Position numbers and translations under genes: made by a program. Below are positions 40,764 to 52,866 of a stretch of 64,000 bases of DNA, in pieces. The DNA lies in contig CM119268.1 of the NCBI GenBank assembly GCA_051294375.1, positions 19,258,796 to 19,322,795 of the forward strand. Reading direction: 5' to 3'. The notes beneath the pieces are model-generated. The model made no database searches. It saw only the letters and a list, made by a program, of their open reading frames with translations, and was not told the DNA's origin. This stretch comes from Paraspadella gotoi. Its lineage: Eukaryota; Animalia; Chaetognatha. The first letter of the stretch is position 1; each line of letters opens with the position of its first letter.

Positions 40764-40820
40764 CTCTCTTCTTCTCTCTCTCTCTCTCTCTCACTCTTCT
40801 TTCTTTTTCTTCCCTCCCTC
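39545..40820. repeat. ~1.3 kb polypyrimidine (C/T) low-complexity tract
   Basis: Nearly purine-free plus strand built from tttcttcttcctccc-like units. Confidence 0.9.
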
Positions 40821-40964
40821 GCTCGAAAATCTTTTCCCCACCACTTTGCATTTTTCTTCCAGAGGGACCATTTCTTCACTCCTGCTTTTTTTCTCTGCCA
40901 ATGAGGATAAAAAAAGAGAAAAAAACGAGAGAGAGAGAGAGAGAAGAGAGAAGAGAGAAGAGAG

Positions 40965-41020
<56 letters not shown>

Positions 41021-41148
41021 GACGAGACGTCCCAGTCAAAGCAGCGGGAAACCGCATGAGAAATAAAGACGCCCGGAGAGTGATCTTGAAATCGGATGAT
41101 TCAACATGACTTCGCCTGACGAACAGAAACATAAGACTTGATAGAATG

Positions 41149-41395
41149 GTCCTTTTATACAATTACACTTTCTTTGAAACATTGTACCACTTCATTGATA
41201 AACAAGCCAGGTATTTTGGAAGTGAATGAACTAAACTCTAAGAGAGTGTTGATTGAAAACTTGCAGAGTCCTGCTTTGTTATTATCTTGTAAGAAGGATG
41301 GATGCCTTCACGAAAAAGTAGACCGTCCAAAGTGAGGAGCAATATAGCTTATTTATTAAATGAATGGATAATTTATATATTGGTTTTGCCAATCT
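41149..41395 (+). repeat. Unclassified ~250 bp dispersed repeat, copy 1
   Basis: Colinear with 52620-52866: ccacttcattgata, aagccaggta, ttatcttgtaaga, atagcttatttattaaatgaatggataattt. Confidence 0.85.
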
Positions 41396-42271
41396 TATAA
41401 CACGAATCATGAGTGATACTTAATGACAAGAAGTTCTTATGAATTATTGACGTATTGAATTTTCAATGTTTTGACGCTTAATTCATAGCATATTAAAACA
41501 TATTCTCGTATGTCTACTCAAAATTAAAGATAAAAACTCATTGTACATATATCTTTTTTTCACGAGTCACAACGTCTGTCATCGTCACAAGCTCACCCCT
41601 TTGACCTCACCCGCCGTTCACACTCACCCCCTTCCGTCCATCCCTCCTCTTCTTCACAAATCGTGATGTCACATAAACCGCCAAGAAATTTCATCAAAAA
41701 TTGTTTGCGCACGCGCGTTTAAGCTCATTCGCGACGATCCTGCGTTCAACCGTATGTTAGAGTGTCTCTCCTTTGTGCGAGAATGTCTCTCCTTCATGTG
41801 ACTTAATGCATAAGATTTTCTCATGCATGTAATATGTTAGTGTCTTTCCAGCATGCAACTGTTTGCAGAAAACTTTGTCAGGCATGCAGCAGACCACGTG
41901 AGACAGTGTCTTTCCTGCAAGTGTCTGCGTACAAGAGTCCGTTACGGACCACATGTCAGAGTGTTTCTCCTACATGCGACCATCTGTGAGAATGTTTCCT
42001 CTGCTTTCGATCGTGTGCGAGGTTTTCTCATGCTTGCAAGTTTCTACTTCATGCAAGAGTGTCTTTTCTGCGTGTGATTGATCGATCATTCGTCTCTCTT
42101 GACAATTTCTGGTTTAATAATCGAAACTCGGAAATCGAGCGAAAGAAGAAACGAATGAGGTTCTTCTTTCTTTTATCTTTTCTTTATTTATGAAATTTTT
42201 CTTCGTTTTCTTTTTCTTTTTATATTTCTTTTAATTTTTTCTTCTTCTTCTATTTCTTTTTCTATTTTTTT

Positions 42272-43374
<1,103 letters not shown>

Positions 43375-44175
43375 TTCTTCTTCCTCTTTCTTCTCCTACA
43401 AAACCATAAAATAAAATATCGCAAAAAATAAAACATCAGTGTTTTCGCCGAATGATCAGTGAGGGAAGAATGAGGCCCAACTTAGCTGGGTGGTTGCTGA
43501 GAAAAAAAGGAGAAATTTAACTTAAGAAAGAAGAGTGAAAGAAAAGTAAAGGGAGATTGAAAGATGAGTACAAGAAGGATGTTATTCTTCAACGGATGTG
43601 TTGGGTGAAAAGTATAAAGTATTAAGAGAAATTGAGACAAAGAGGCCAAAGTAAAAAAGAAAGATTGAAATAGATATGGGAAAAATTTTGTAAGTGAGCG
43701 ATTGCACTCCGTAGATCTTCATTGGGATTAAAATTAGTGAGAAGAAAGTGATGAAAATTAAAAATAATATAACAGATAAGATAACTTTTTTAATTATGTC
43801 ATTTTTAAACTTTATCTCAGGCGAGGCCTTAGTACATAAGGGAGAGACGTTAAGGCGAAGAGATATCTGTCTGAGAACGAGACTCGACGGTCGGTATTAA
43901 TGGGTGGGAGAAAGAGAGAGAGAGAACGAGAGAGATGAGAAGGAAGAGAGAAGGAGAGAGAGAAGAGGAGAGAGAGAGAGAGAGGAGAGAGAGGAGAGAA
44001 ACAGACAAGCTTTATAAATATCTTTTCCGAAAACAGAAATTAGCAATTTACATCAAAATAATTTTAAACAATAAAAAAAAAATATATATGTATTTATTTA
44101 ATGATGTCAGCTTCACTGTTGTGCGTCTCTACTACCAACAGTTTAAAAAAAACAAATGACGTCACCGTTTAACGC

Positions 44176-44330
44176 TCTGCGTCACCCGAACTATCGAGCG
44201 GCGCCACAGAACCGACTTGTTGCGTCACCAAAGCGACGCACTGCGCCACCCGAAGCGACGTACTGCGATACAGGAAGTGACAAGCTGCGCCATGGAAAGC
44301 GACGTTGTACGCCACCGGAAGCGATGCCAC
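44176..44330. repeat. 22-bp degenerate minisatellite (tgcgccaccggaagcgacg core)
   Basis: Unit starts at ~44221, 44242, 44264, 44286 and 44308. Confidence 0.75.
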
Positions 44331-44387
44331 GCCCCTCAGGAAATTAAAACGTAAATAGAACGAGGCGGAGATAAAAGAAGATAAATG

Positions 44388-44462
<75 letters not shown>

Positions 44463-44859
44463 AGAAGATTTGTTCTAGTAATTTAAAGCAGAAAAGATGA
44501 GAAAAATATGACGTAACAAAAGCTAAAGAAAATTTACCATTCTGCTAATATTTCGAGTTCGGTTTAAAAATTGAGACAAAAAAAGAAAGAAAAAGGTGAC
44601 TTGGGTGACAAATTGATATATTCGAAAAAAGAGCTCAATTTTCGAATGTAAAGCCATAAAATTATAAATGATAACCTCACATTATTTTAAATTAAACCGA
44701 GGAGCCACAAGTGCAAAGGAAAAAAGTCGTATCGACAGTTGAGTGGCTACTCGGAATATGAAATACGATTTTAAAAGAGAAAAAAAAATATCGTCGCTTT
44801 AGAAAAAGGTAAAGTATAAGGATTAACTGGAAACGAAGATTGGAACCGGACTGGGCGAA

Positions 44860-45395
44860 ATGAAAATGAAAAGAAGGAAAGGAAAATAAAGGCGCAGGAA
44901 GCGACGGAGGGAAAAAAGGAAAATAAAAGAAAAAAAAGAGGAAAGAGAGGAGAAAAGGAAAGAGAAGGCGGAGGAAGCGATGGAGGAAAGAAAGAAAATA
45001 GGAAAATAAAAGACAAAAAGAGGAAAGAGAGGAGAAAAGGAAAGACAAGGCGGAGGAAGCGATGGAGGAAAGAAATAAAATAGGAAAAGAAAAGAAAAAA
45101 AGAGTAAAGAGAGGAGAAAAGGAAAGAGAAGGCGGAGGAAGCGATGGAGGAAACAAAGAAAATAGGAAAAGAAAAGAAAAATGAGGAAAGAGAAGAAAAA
45201 AGAAAAAAGAAGGCGGAGGAAAGGACGAAAAAGGAAAAAAGAGGAAAAGAAAAGAAAAAAGAGGAAAGAGAGAAGAAAAGGAAAGAAAAGGCGGAGGTAG
45301 CGATTGAGGAAAGAAAAAAAAGAGGAAAAGAAAAGAAAAAAAGAGGAAAAAGAGGAGAAAAGGAAAAGGTGGAGGAAGCGACGGAGGAAAAAAGC
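44860..45395. repeat. Purine-rich minisatellite, ~80-bp period, ~7 units
   Basis: aaggcggaggaagcgatgg-type anchor at ~44889, 44965, 45047, 45129, 45210, 45288 and 45366. Confidence 0.85.
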
Positions 45396-45570
45396 AAGTA
45401 TGTCATATGACATATCTCCAAGTATGTCATCCTTCAGAATCGCCTCCCCCGGGGGCGGTGCTAGGGGCCTGAGGGGCAGGCAATCCGTATGGCCTAAAGG
45501 GGCTAGAAAAACCTTTCCCCTTGGGGCCACCCCCAGGGGGATGAATTTTCCTGCCCCTTGGAATGGCTCT
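45396..45570 (-). mobile_element. Unclassified G/C-run-rich repeat family, copy 1
   Basis: Reverse complement of the ...ggggccgcccc...gatgacat terminus seen at 48510-48736 and 50280-50500. Ends in the palindrome tatgtcat-atgacata. Confidence 0.5.
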
Positions 45571-46034
45571 CTCTCCCTCCTATCTCTCTCTCCCTCTCCT
45601 CTCTCTTTATCTCTCTCTCTCTCTTTCTCTTTCTCTTTTCTTTTTTCATCTTTTATTAAAAGAAAATATAAAAATGAAAATAATATTTTTCAATAAACCA
45701 ATAGTTCTGCTAACACCAACTTGCATAATTTGGTCAACTTGCATAATTTAGTCAAATGACATAATTTGATATAATAATAATAAACTGATATAATTTGGTC
45801 AACTTTTAAAATTTGGTCAACTTGCATAATTTGGTTAACTTGCATAATTTGGTCAACTTGCATAATTTGGACAACTTGGATAATTTGGTCAACTTGCTAA
45901 ATTTGGTTAGAGAAAGAGAGAGAAAGAATGAAAAAAAATTTTTAATAAAATTCAAGTAAATGTGACTTTTGTTTTTTCTATTAAAACTCACTTTCACTCG
46001 CACACTTTTCTACCCACATACAAAATTTTATCTT

Positions 46035-46231
46035 TAAGGAATAACATATTTTTAGTGTGTGACAACAAATTTTGACTCTGTGGTTGAGAGTCTTTATCAT
46101 CATCTGATGAAGACTCTCAACCACAGAGTTGAAACATGAAACATGTCCCTATGAAATAAAAATTTGTTGTCACATACTAAAATCTGTTATTCTTTAAACA
46201 TAAACACAACGAAAAAAAAGAATCATAACAT
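46035..46231 (+). mobile_element. ~200 bp palindromic PLE-derived insertion with 11-bp TSD
   Basis: 46033-46100 is an inverted copy of 46105-46198. TSD aattttatctt at 46024-46034 and 46232-46242. Tail acacaacgaaaa. Confidence 0.75.
46104..46147 (+). ncRNA. Hammerhead ribozyme core (PLE type), stem I disrupted
   Basis: CTGATGA, a, stem II gactct-caaccac-agagtt, GAAA, then a duplicated catGAAA before catGTC. Confidence 0.6.
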
Positions 46232-46730
46232 AATTTTATCTTAATTCATCTGTGAAATTTTAAATAATATAATAAAGAGTAGGATTGTTTTAATTTTTTA
46301 ATTCACTTATAAAAAATAATTAATTAATTAATTAATTAATTATTAATATCAGTCTTTAAGTCCGTCCCACATTAGCATTAAACTCTAATTATTCGTGATT
46401 AGATAGATAGATTGGAATGAAATATTGTGTGTGGGTAGAAAAGTGTGTGATTGAGCTAGATATAAAGTTTTGCTCACTCTCTCTCAAACTGTCAGCCTTT
46501 CCTCAACAACGTGAGTTAATCTGAGGCAATCTACAAACTGACAATTATTAATTATGAAGCTTAAATGAAAAAATTTTATTTCACGATGTAAAACTCATTT
46601 AATGTTATTCATGAAATAAAAATCTTGATGAATATTTTTTTTTTAGGACTCTATAATTCACTAAGTAGGTCTGTTGGTTACTGCTAAGTATTTGTTTAAT
46701 TTTGAACATCAAATTATGAATATTTTTTTT

Positions 46731-47719
46731 TTAGAAAAGTTTGAAATGAATTTTCGACAACGATTTTATTTTTAATAAAAAACGGACATGTTTCGGNNNN
46801 NNNNNNNNNNNNNNNNNNNNNAATTAATTTATTAGACAAAGTTTGCAAATGAAATTTCCATTACTTGTCCGCTGTAGCCAAGCATACGGTAAATACTGGC
46901 CATGTATTTAGAGAAACAGACTGTCTCGTGCTGTCCCATGACCCGAACTGGTTCTCAAGAGGTATTAGAGAGAGGCAATATACATCAAAGCCCTCGAGCC
47001 CTCTTGAATCGTGATGGAGGACGATTCGACCTCCCTCCAAGCTATGATTCGCTTATCAAAAGCGTGGTGGAGGCCCCGTCTCCACCACGTCCGCACAATG
47101 ACTCCCCTGTCTCCACCTAATGAGGACAGCCCTCCTGCGCAGGCAATGGGCAGACGATGCCTCTCCTTCACCCTGTAGCAACTCATTCCCTTTCTCGTGT
47201 GGAGTGAGCGCCGCCAAAGCGACGGCTGACAGGAAGAGAAGGAGAGTCCACCACTCCTGTCGCAAAAGCGGCAAGAATGGAAAGCGCCCCACCTCGTCAG
47301 CAGGCGAGAAGAGGGCAGTCGGCAGCGTACCAGGCCAGAGAGACATCAGAGTAGCCTTGGGGTATCTTCCCGCAAGGAAGACCTCCCTAACGCCGCACAC
47401 ATAGGCCTCAACGATTTTGTCCTCACAGCCACTGACACGTCAATGACCCGACCACATCGATCAGGCCTTCATTTGCACAAGCCAAAGAGGGGCCAGCTCA
47501 CTTTGAGCTCTATCTTAACTTCTATATACTTCACTTATAATAATAATGCTTAACTATCCCTCACCTCTATTTCCTTCACATTTCAAATTTCACAATAATT
47601 CATCTTCACTAACTTATTTATTCACAGTAGTTAATTGTTAACACAAATCATTAAGTTTTTAAACAATTATTTATCTTTGTTGTACATTGCACAATGTATT
47701 ATTTTTCAAGTTCTCTTAC

Positions 47720-47763
<44 letters not shown>

Positions 47764-48092
47764 ATTTCAATTTCTTTTCACAAACTGGCTCTATTTTGTT
47801 TCAACCGCTTAATCTGTCCTCACAATTGACACTATCTCTTCTCAACTCTGTGTTGGAAACTTTGCCCTCTCTCTCTCTCTCTCACTCTTTCTTTATGCAC
47901 ATAATTTGTTTCAAATTCACTAACTTTTTTAATGCTGAAATGAAAGGCCTTGTTAGTTAAGCATCTGTTTCTCTAAATACATGGCCAGTATTTACCGTAT
48001 GCTTGGCTACAGCGGACAAGTAATGAAAATTCATTTCAAACTTTTCTAATAATTATTACACAACGAAAAGAAAGGATTATACCACAATTGTC
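46731..48092 (+). mobile_element. 5'-truncated Penelope-like retroelement with GIY-YIG C-terminus and inverted pLTR arm
   Basis: 46945-47060 reads across frameshifts WFSRGIRE-AIYIKALEPS-LNRDGGRFDLPPSYD, typical of the PLE GIY-YIG endonuclease end. 46822-46919 is an inverted copy of 47963-48058. Tail cacaacgaaaagaaagga. Candidate TSD gaatattttttt at 46718 and 48093. Confidence 0.85.
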
Positions 48093-48509
48093 GAATATTT
48101 TTTTAAAAATTATATCTCTCTTTATCAATCCATCCAACAAAAAAGAAAAAAAAAGAAAATAATTGGGTTCATAAATACAAATATTATAATTTTTAAATAA
48201 ACTATAGAATAAAGAGTAACAATAATTTGAAAAAAAAAATTTCAGTTATATGAAACAAGTCTTGAAAGAAAGAGAGAGAGAAAAAGATAGAGAGAGAGAA
48301 AGAAAGAGAGAGAGAAAGAAAGAGAAAGAGAGAAAGAGAAAAAGAGAGAAAAAGAGAGAGAGAAAGAGAAAGAAAGAAAGAGAGAGAGAGAGAAAGAAAA
48401 AGGAAGAGAGAAAGAGAGAAAGAGAGAGTGACAGACAGGGAGAGATATTCTCAGATATAATAATATAGTCAGAAAGTATATTTTCTCATCTAAACTTTGC
48501 TCTCTCCTT

Positions 48510-48736
48510 AACTCTGGGGGAGTACTTTTTTGCTCCCCAAGGGGTTACCTCCAGGAGCAGACTTTTTTGGCCCCAGGGGGCCGCCCCAGGGGGGTTCTCC
48601 CTGGGGCAAACATTTTGGGTCTATTAGGAGCACCACCTCAATAACCATTTTGCTGCTCCCCCTGGAATAGTGTGCCCCCTGGGGCCGCCCCTAGAGCCAC
48701 CCCGCGGGGCGGAGGATTTGGGAGATGACATATCTC
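48510..48736 (+). mobile_element. Unclassified G/C-run-rich repeat family, copy 2
   Basis: Shares tggaatag..tgcccc(c)tggggccgcccct and gatgacat with 50280-50500. Confidence 0.55.
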
Positions 48737-49378
48737 GAAAAAAGGGGGGAAAAGAAATGGAAAGAAATGGAATGGCAGACGGAGAAAAATGAAGAAGAAA
48801 TAAATAATATAGAATTAGAATTACTTAAATGAGATATTAAAAGAAGGTAAGAGAAAAAGAGGAATAAGATAAAGGGAAAAAAGGAAACTGGTTCGCAGGG
48901 AATATCAATGTAGACCAGCAAGAATTTATATTGGAAGTACTTCCAGGCACAGGCCAAAATAAATGCGAAAAAAGGAAAGACGCAAAGCTTTCAAGTATTT
49001 CATAGAAAAAAAGAGACATCTAATACACAGGCAAAAAAATAAAAACTACACTTGCTCTACGCAGCAAGAATTGTCTTTTATAAGAGTAGGAAGTAAAAAG
49101 AATAAAGGGAAAGACTTTACATTACACATTACATGTGGAAACGAAAGACTTAAAGAGTCAGTGGTGAACTTTTGATTGTGAATCAGATCCGACCCATAAA
49201 ATCAAAGACGACGACTTAGATAAATGAGACGAGAACGACGACAACGACAACGACATTTCTTTTTTGAAACCGGAAATGAAGGCCCCGTCCGCCCCGGTTC
49301 AACGTTTCGCCGCTGCGATGCCCAAGGAGACGTCGAAGAAAAAAAAAGAGCAAACTCATCGGTTTTCGCTTTCGGGAT

Positions 49379-49466
<88 letters not shown>

Positions 49467-49847
49467 GTGGATGGTTGGAAGCGTCATTATTGCTAGCTTG
49501 CGGTTGTTGTCGTTTTTAGCCACGTCGCCATCGGCGGGAGGCGACGGACGCCATCTTTGAGAGACGCGGCGAAATAAATTGAAAAAGTTATGAATCTAGA
49601 TTTTGAAAATTCGTGATAAGATTCATGATAGGATTCATGATGAAATCCTTAAAAAAATGAGACGACGACGAAGACAACGACGATAAAAAAAAAAATTCGA
49701 GGACTTTGCCGGCATTTTAATTCATAAGACGAACCGAATAAGAAAAAAAGAACAAAAGACGATATTCTTCTATATCGAAGGCGATGACGATGACGACAGC
49801 CTACAACAATCAATCAGCGCTTAGCAATGGAAGCGCATACAAGATAC

Positions 49848-49908
<61 letters not shown>

Positions 49909-50279
49909 CCTCCATTAAAATCACATTATATAATTTGATCACGTCGAAATAATAGATTTTATTTTCTCCTTTAATTCCATTGAGTTTTTTGTTGATTTTT
50001 TTCTCCATTTTTTCTTAGCCTCTAGTATTATATTTATATTCAGATTGTTTTTGTTGGGAGGTGGGAGGGGCTTTTCTCTGAAATCGACCCTCTGATTATA
50101 TCTAAACTGATATTTAAAGGACAGTTCCCAAACATTTCACTGAATTTGAAACGCCCCATTTCGCATTAAATTTGGCATTAGGTTTAGGATTGAGTGAGCG
50201 ATTTAATTTACGTTTAGATTTAATTTAGATATAATTTAATTTAAGTTGGTGATTAAAGTTGGGATCAGGGTTATATTAT

Positions 50280-50500
50280 TTTTTTACCCCAAGGGGAGCA
50301 AAGTCTGATTCCCCCTGGGATTTTCACCCAGGGGCAAACTTTGGTAGGAAAAATATATTCACGCAGGGGCAGCTCTGGGCGCCACACCTTGGGGCATTCA
50401 AAAGGGTACCCGGGGCTACAATCTTTCTCCCATGGAATAGATTGCCCCTGGGGCCGCCCCTTCTGTTGTCCCGCTGGGAGGACATTCTGGGCGATGACAT
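50280..50500 (+). mobile_element. Unclassified G/C-run-rich repeat family, copy 3
   Basis: Same motifs as 48510-48736. Confidence 0.55.
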
Positions 50501-50563
50501 TACACCTTGGTGTTAACCTTGAACTCAGGTTCAAGTCTAGGGATTAGGGTAAAAAATTAAAGA

Positions 50564-50607
50564 TAAGGGTTTAGGGTTAAGGACTAATCCTTAACCCTAA
50601 ACCCTTA
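50564..50607. repeat. Perfect 20-bp inverted repeat with 4-nt loop, made of TTAGGG-like units
   Basis: taagggtttagggttaagga-ctaa-tccttaaccctaaaccctta. Confidence 0.9.
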
Positions 50608-51202
50608 GAGATCAGGGTTGGAGAATGAGTTATGAATTTATTAGGGTTAAAATTAAATTACAGAAATGGGGCGCTCTAGTACTAGAGAGCCTCGTTTTTG
50701 TTTTAATTTTTATTCCGATTCCATCGACATCGAGAGAGAAGAGCCAGAGCAGGAGAGAGACGAGAGAGCACCGAGAGACCGAGAGCAGATGAGAGGAGAT
50801 CGAGATGAGACAGCAGAGACTACGAGAGAGAGAGAGAAAGACTGATAGCTCGGGAGATGAAATGAAAGAGAGGAAAGTGAGAATACGATAAAAAGAGGAA
50901 TACAAAAAGGAAAGCGTAAAAATTAGAGGAAAGGAAAGAAGGAAGATGCAAAGCGCGAAGCAGAGACAAAAAAAAGAGAGGAAAGATAAGAGATTAAAAG
51001 GAGAAGCGAAAAAAAAGGTGATAAAATGAAAAAAAGGGAAAATGATAGAAAAAGAGAAAGAAGACAAAAGAAAGAAAGTATAAGGGAAAAAACAATAGGG
51101 TAAAAAGGGTAAAAAAGAGAGAGAGCAAGCAAAAGTTATAATAGAAAAGGCATTGTTTAAGGAATAACATATTTTTTACTGTGTAACAACGAATTTTTAT
51201 TT

Positions 51203-51243
51203 AAATGTTTCGACTCTGTGGTTGAGAGTCTTCATCAGCATTT
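51203..51243 (-). ncRNA. Hammerhead ribozyme motif (PLE type) lacking the cleavage triplet
   Basis: Minus strand: aaatg CTGATGA a gactct-caaccac-agagtc GAAA cattt. Stem I aaatg/cattt and stem II are intact, and GTC is absent. 51153-51243 is the same family as 46035-46231. Confidence 0.65.
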
Positions 51244-51280
51244 GATTCAATCAACATTTTTCTCTTTAATGTTAGTTTTT

Positions 51281-51333
<53 letters not shown>

Positions 51334-51589
51334 TAAATGAAAGAAAATGAAAGAAAATTATATTTTGCTTACCCATTTTTCCACCATTTTCCAAAGATTT
51401 TTCGGCATTTTCTGCAAATTCCGCCATTTTTCGCCATTCAGCGAAAATTTTCTCAATTTTTATCACCCATCATCTTTTTCTGTATTTTTTTATAAAACGA
51501 AATATTTTTACTTAATTTTTTTTTTACTTTTAGTTATTTGCGGATGAGGAAAAAAAAAGGAAAGAGGCTATCGTTCTAATAAAATCAGA

Positions 51590-52285
51590 GAAAGGAAAGG
51601 AAAGGAATAGAAAGGAAAGGAAAGGAAAGGAAAGGAAAGGAAAGGAANNNNNNNNNNNNNNNNNNNNNNNNNNNNNNNNNNNNNNNNNNNNNNNNNNNNN
51701 NNNNNNNNNNNNNNNNNNNNNNNNNNNNNNNNNNNNNNNNNNNNNNNNNNNNNNNNNNNNNNNNNNNNNNNNNNNNNNNNNNNNNNNNNNNNNNNNNNNN
51801 NNNNNNNNNNNNNNNNNNNNNNNNNNNNNNNNNNNNNNNNNNNNNNNNNNNNNNNNNNNNNNNNNNNNNNNNNNNNNNNNNNNNNNNNNNNNNNNNNNNN
51901 NNNNNNNNNNNNNNNNNNNNNNNNNNNNNNNNNNNNNNNNNNNNNNNNNNNNNNNNNNNNNNNNNNNNNNNNNNNNNNNNNNNNNNNNNNNNNNNNNNNN
52001 NNNNNNNNNNNNNNNNNNNNNNNNNNNNNNNNNNNNNNGCGAATAAAATCAGAGAAAGGAATGTAAAGGAAAGGAAAAGAAAGGAAACAAAAAGAGGCGA
52101 TGCTGCTTTTAAAATCAGAGAAAGGAAAGGAAAGGAAAGGAAAGGAAAGGAAAAGAAAGAAAAGAAAAAGAAGCGATGCTGTTAATAAAAGCAGAGAAAG
52201 GAAAGGAAAGGAAAGGAAAGGAAAGGAAGGGAAAGGAAAGGAAAGGAAAGGAAAGGAAAGGAAAGGAAAGGAAAGGAAAGGAAAA
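51590..52285. repeat. (GGAAA)n pentanucleotide repeat spanning a gap
   Basis: Direct reading of the sequence. Confidence 0.9.
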
Positions 52286-52619
52286 GAGGCGATGCTTCTA
52301 ATAAAATCAGTGGATGCGCGTGGAAGGCGAGGGGAAGATATTGATGTCAAAGAGTGAATCAATTTGGAAAATAAATTGAGAGCAAACAGCGAGTGCCCTT
52401 TAAATTTTAATGGAAAATAAATTCGAACATAAAAAGATGGGGTGCGATTGAAAAAAAGGGGACGATTGAAAAAACAAAAATGGAGTGAAAAAATGGGAAT
52501 CTTTAAAAAAAGAAAGATATACGGATTTCAAATCGGAGTGAAATGAGAGGATATATTATTATATATTTGATGCTAGTGCGGAGTACAATAAGTATTCCCC
52601 GATCTAATACTTAAGGGAG

Positions 52620-52866
52620 TGGTCTTTTCATACAATTGAAACATTCTTTGAAATATTTTCCACTTCATTGATAGGGAAGCCAGGTACTCTGGGAGTGAAT
52701 AAACGAGACTGTGAGAGAGTCTTGATTGAAAGCTTGCAGGGACCTGCTATGTCATTATCTTGTAAGAGTGATGGAGGCCTTAAACCACCAAAGCCTGTCC
52801 AAAGTCAGGGGCAAGATAGCTTATTTATTAAATGAATGGATAATTTTTATATTGGTTGTACCAATT
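52620..52866 (+). repeat. Unclassified ~250 bp dispersed repeat, copy 2
   Basis: Colinear with 41149-41395. Confidence 0.85.

Larger units (their letters stand above)
45715..46730. mobile_element. Scrambled HINE fragments (copy C)
   Basis: 45715-46030 is the minus-strand 18-bp repeat (ttgcataatttggtcaac) plus an internal block. 46355-46470 and 46645-46720 match plus-strand HINE internal and 5' blocks. Confidence 0.7.

Noticed and set aside
39477-41109. 533-aa F/L/S/P-rich ORF and neighbours
   Set aside because: A polypyrimidine tract cannot contain stop codons, so long ORFs are expected by chance.
41116-41135. Other CTGANGA matches (e.g. 9681, 15951, 32568, 41116, 56463 minus, 60442 minus) as hammerheads
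   Set aside because: No paired stem II followed by GAAA and an NUH cleavage site.
41757-41954. C2H2 zinc-finger array
   Set aside because: HxGxT-like words resemble linkers, but CxxC...HxxxH spacing is absent.
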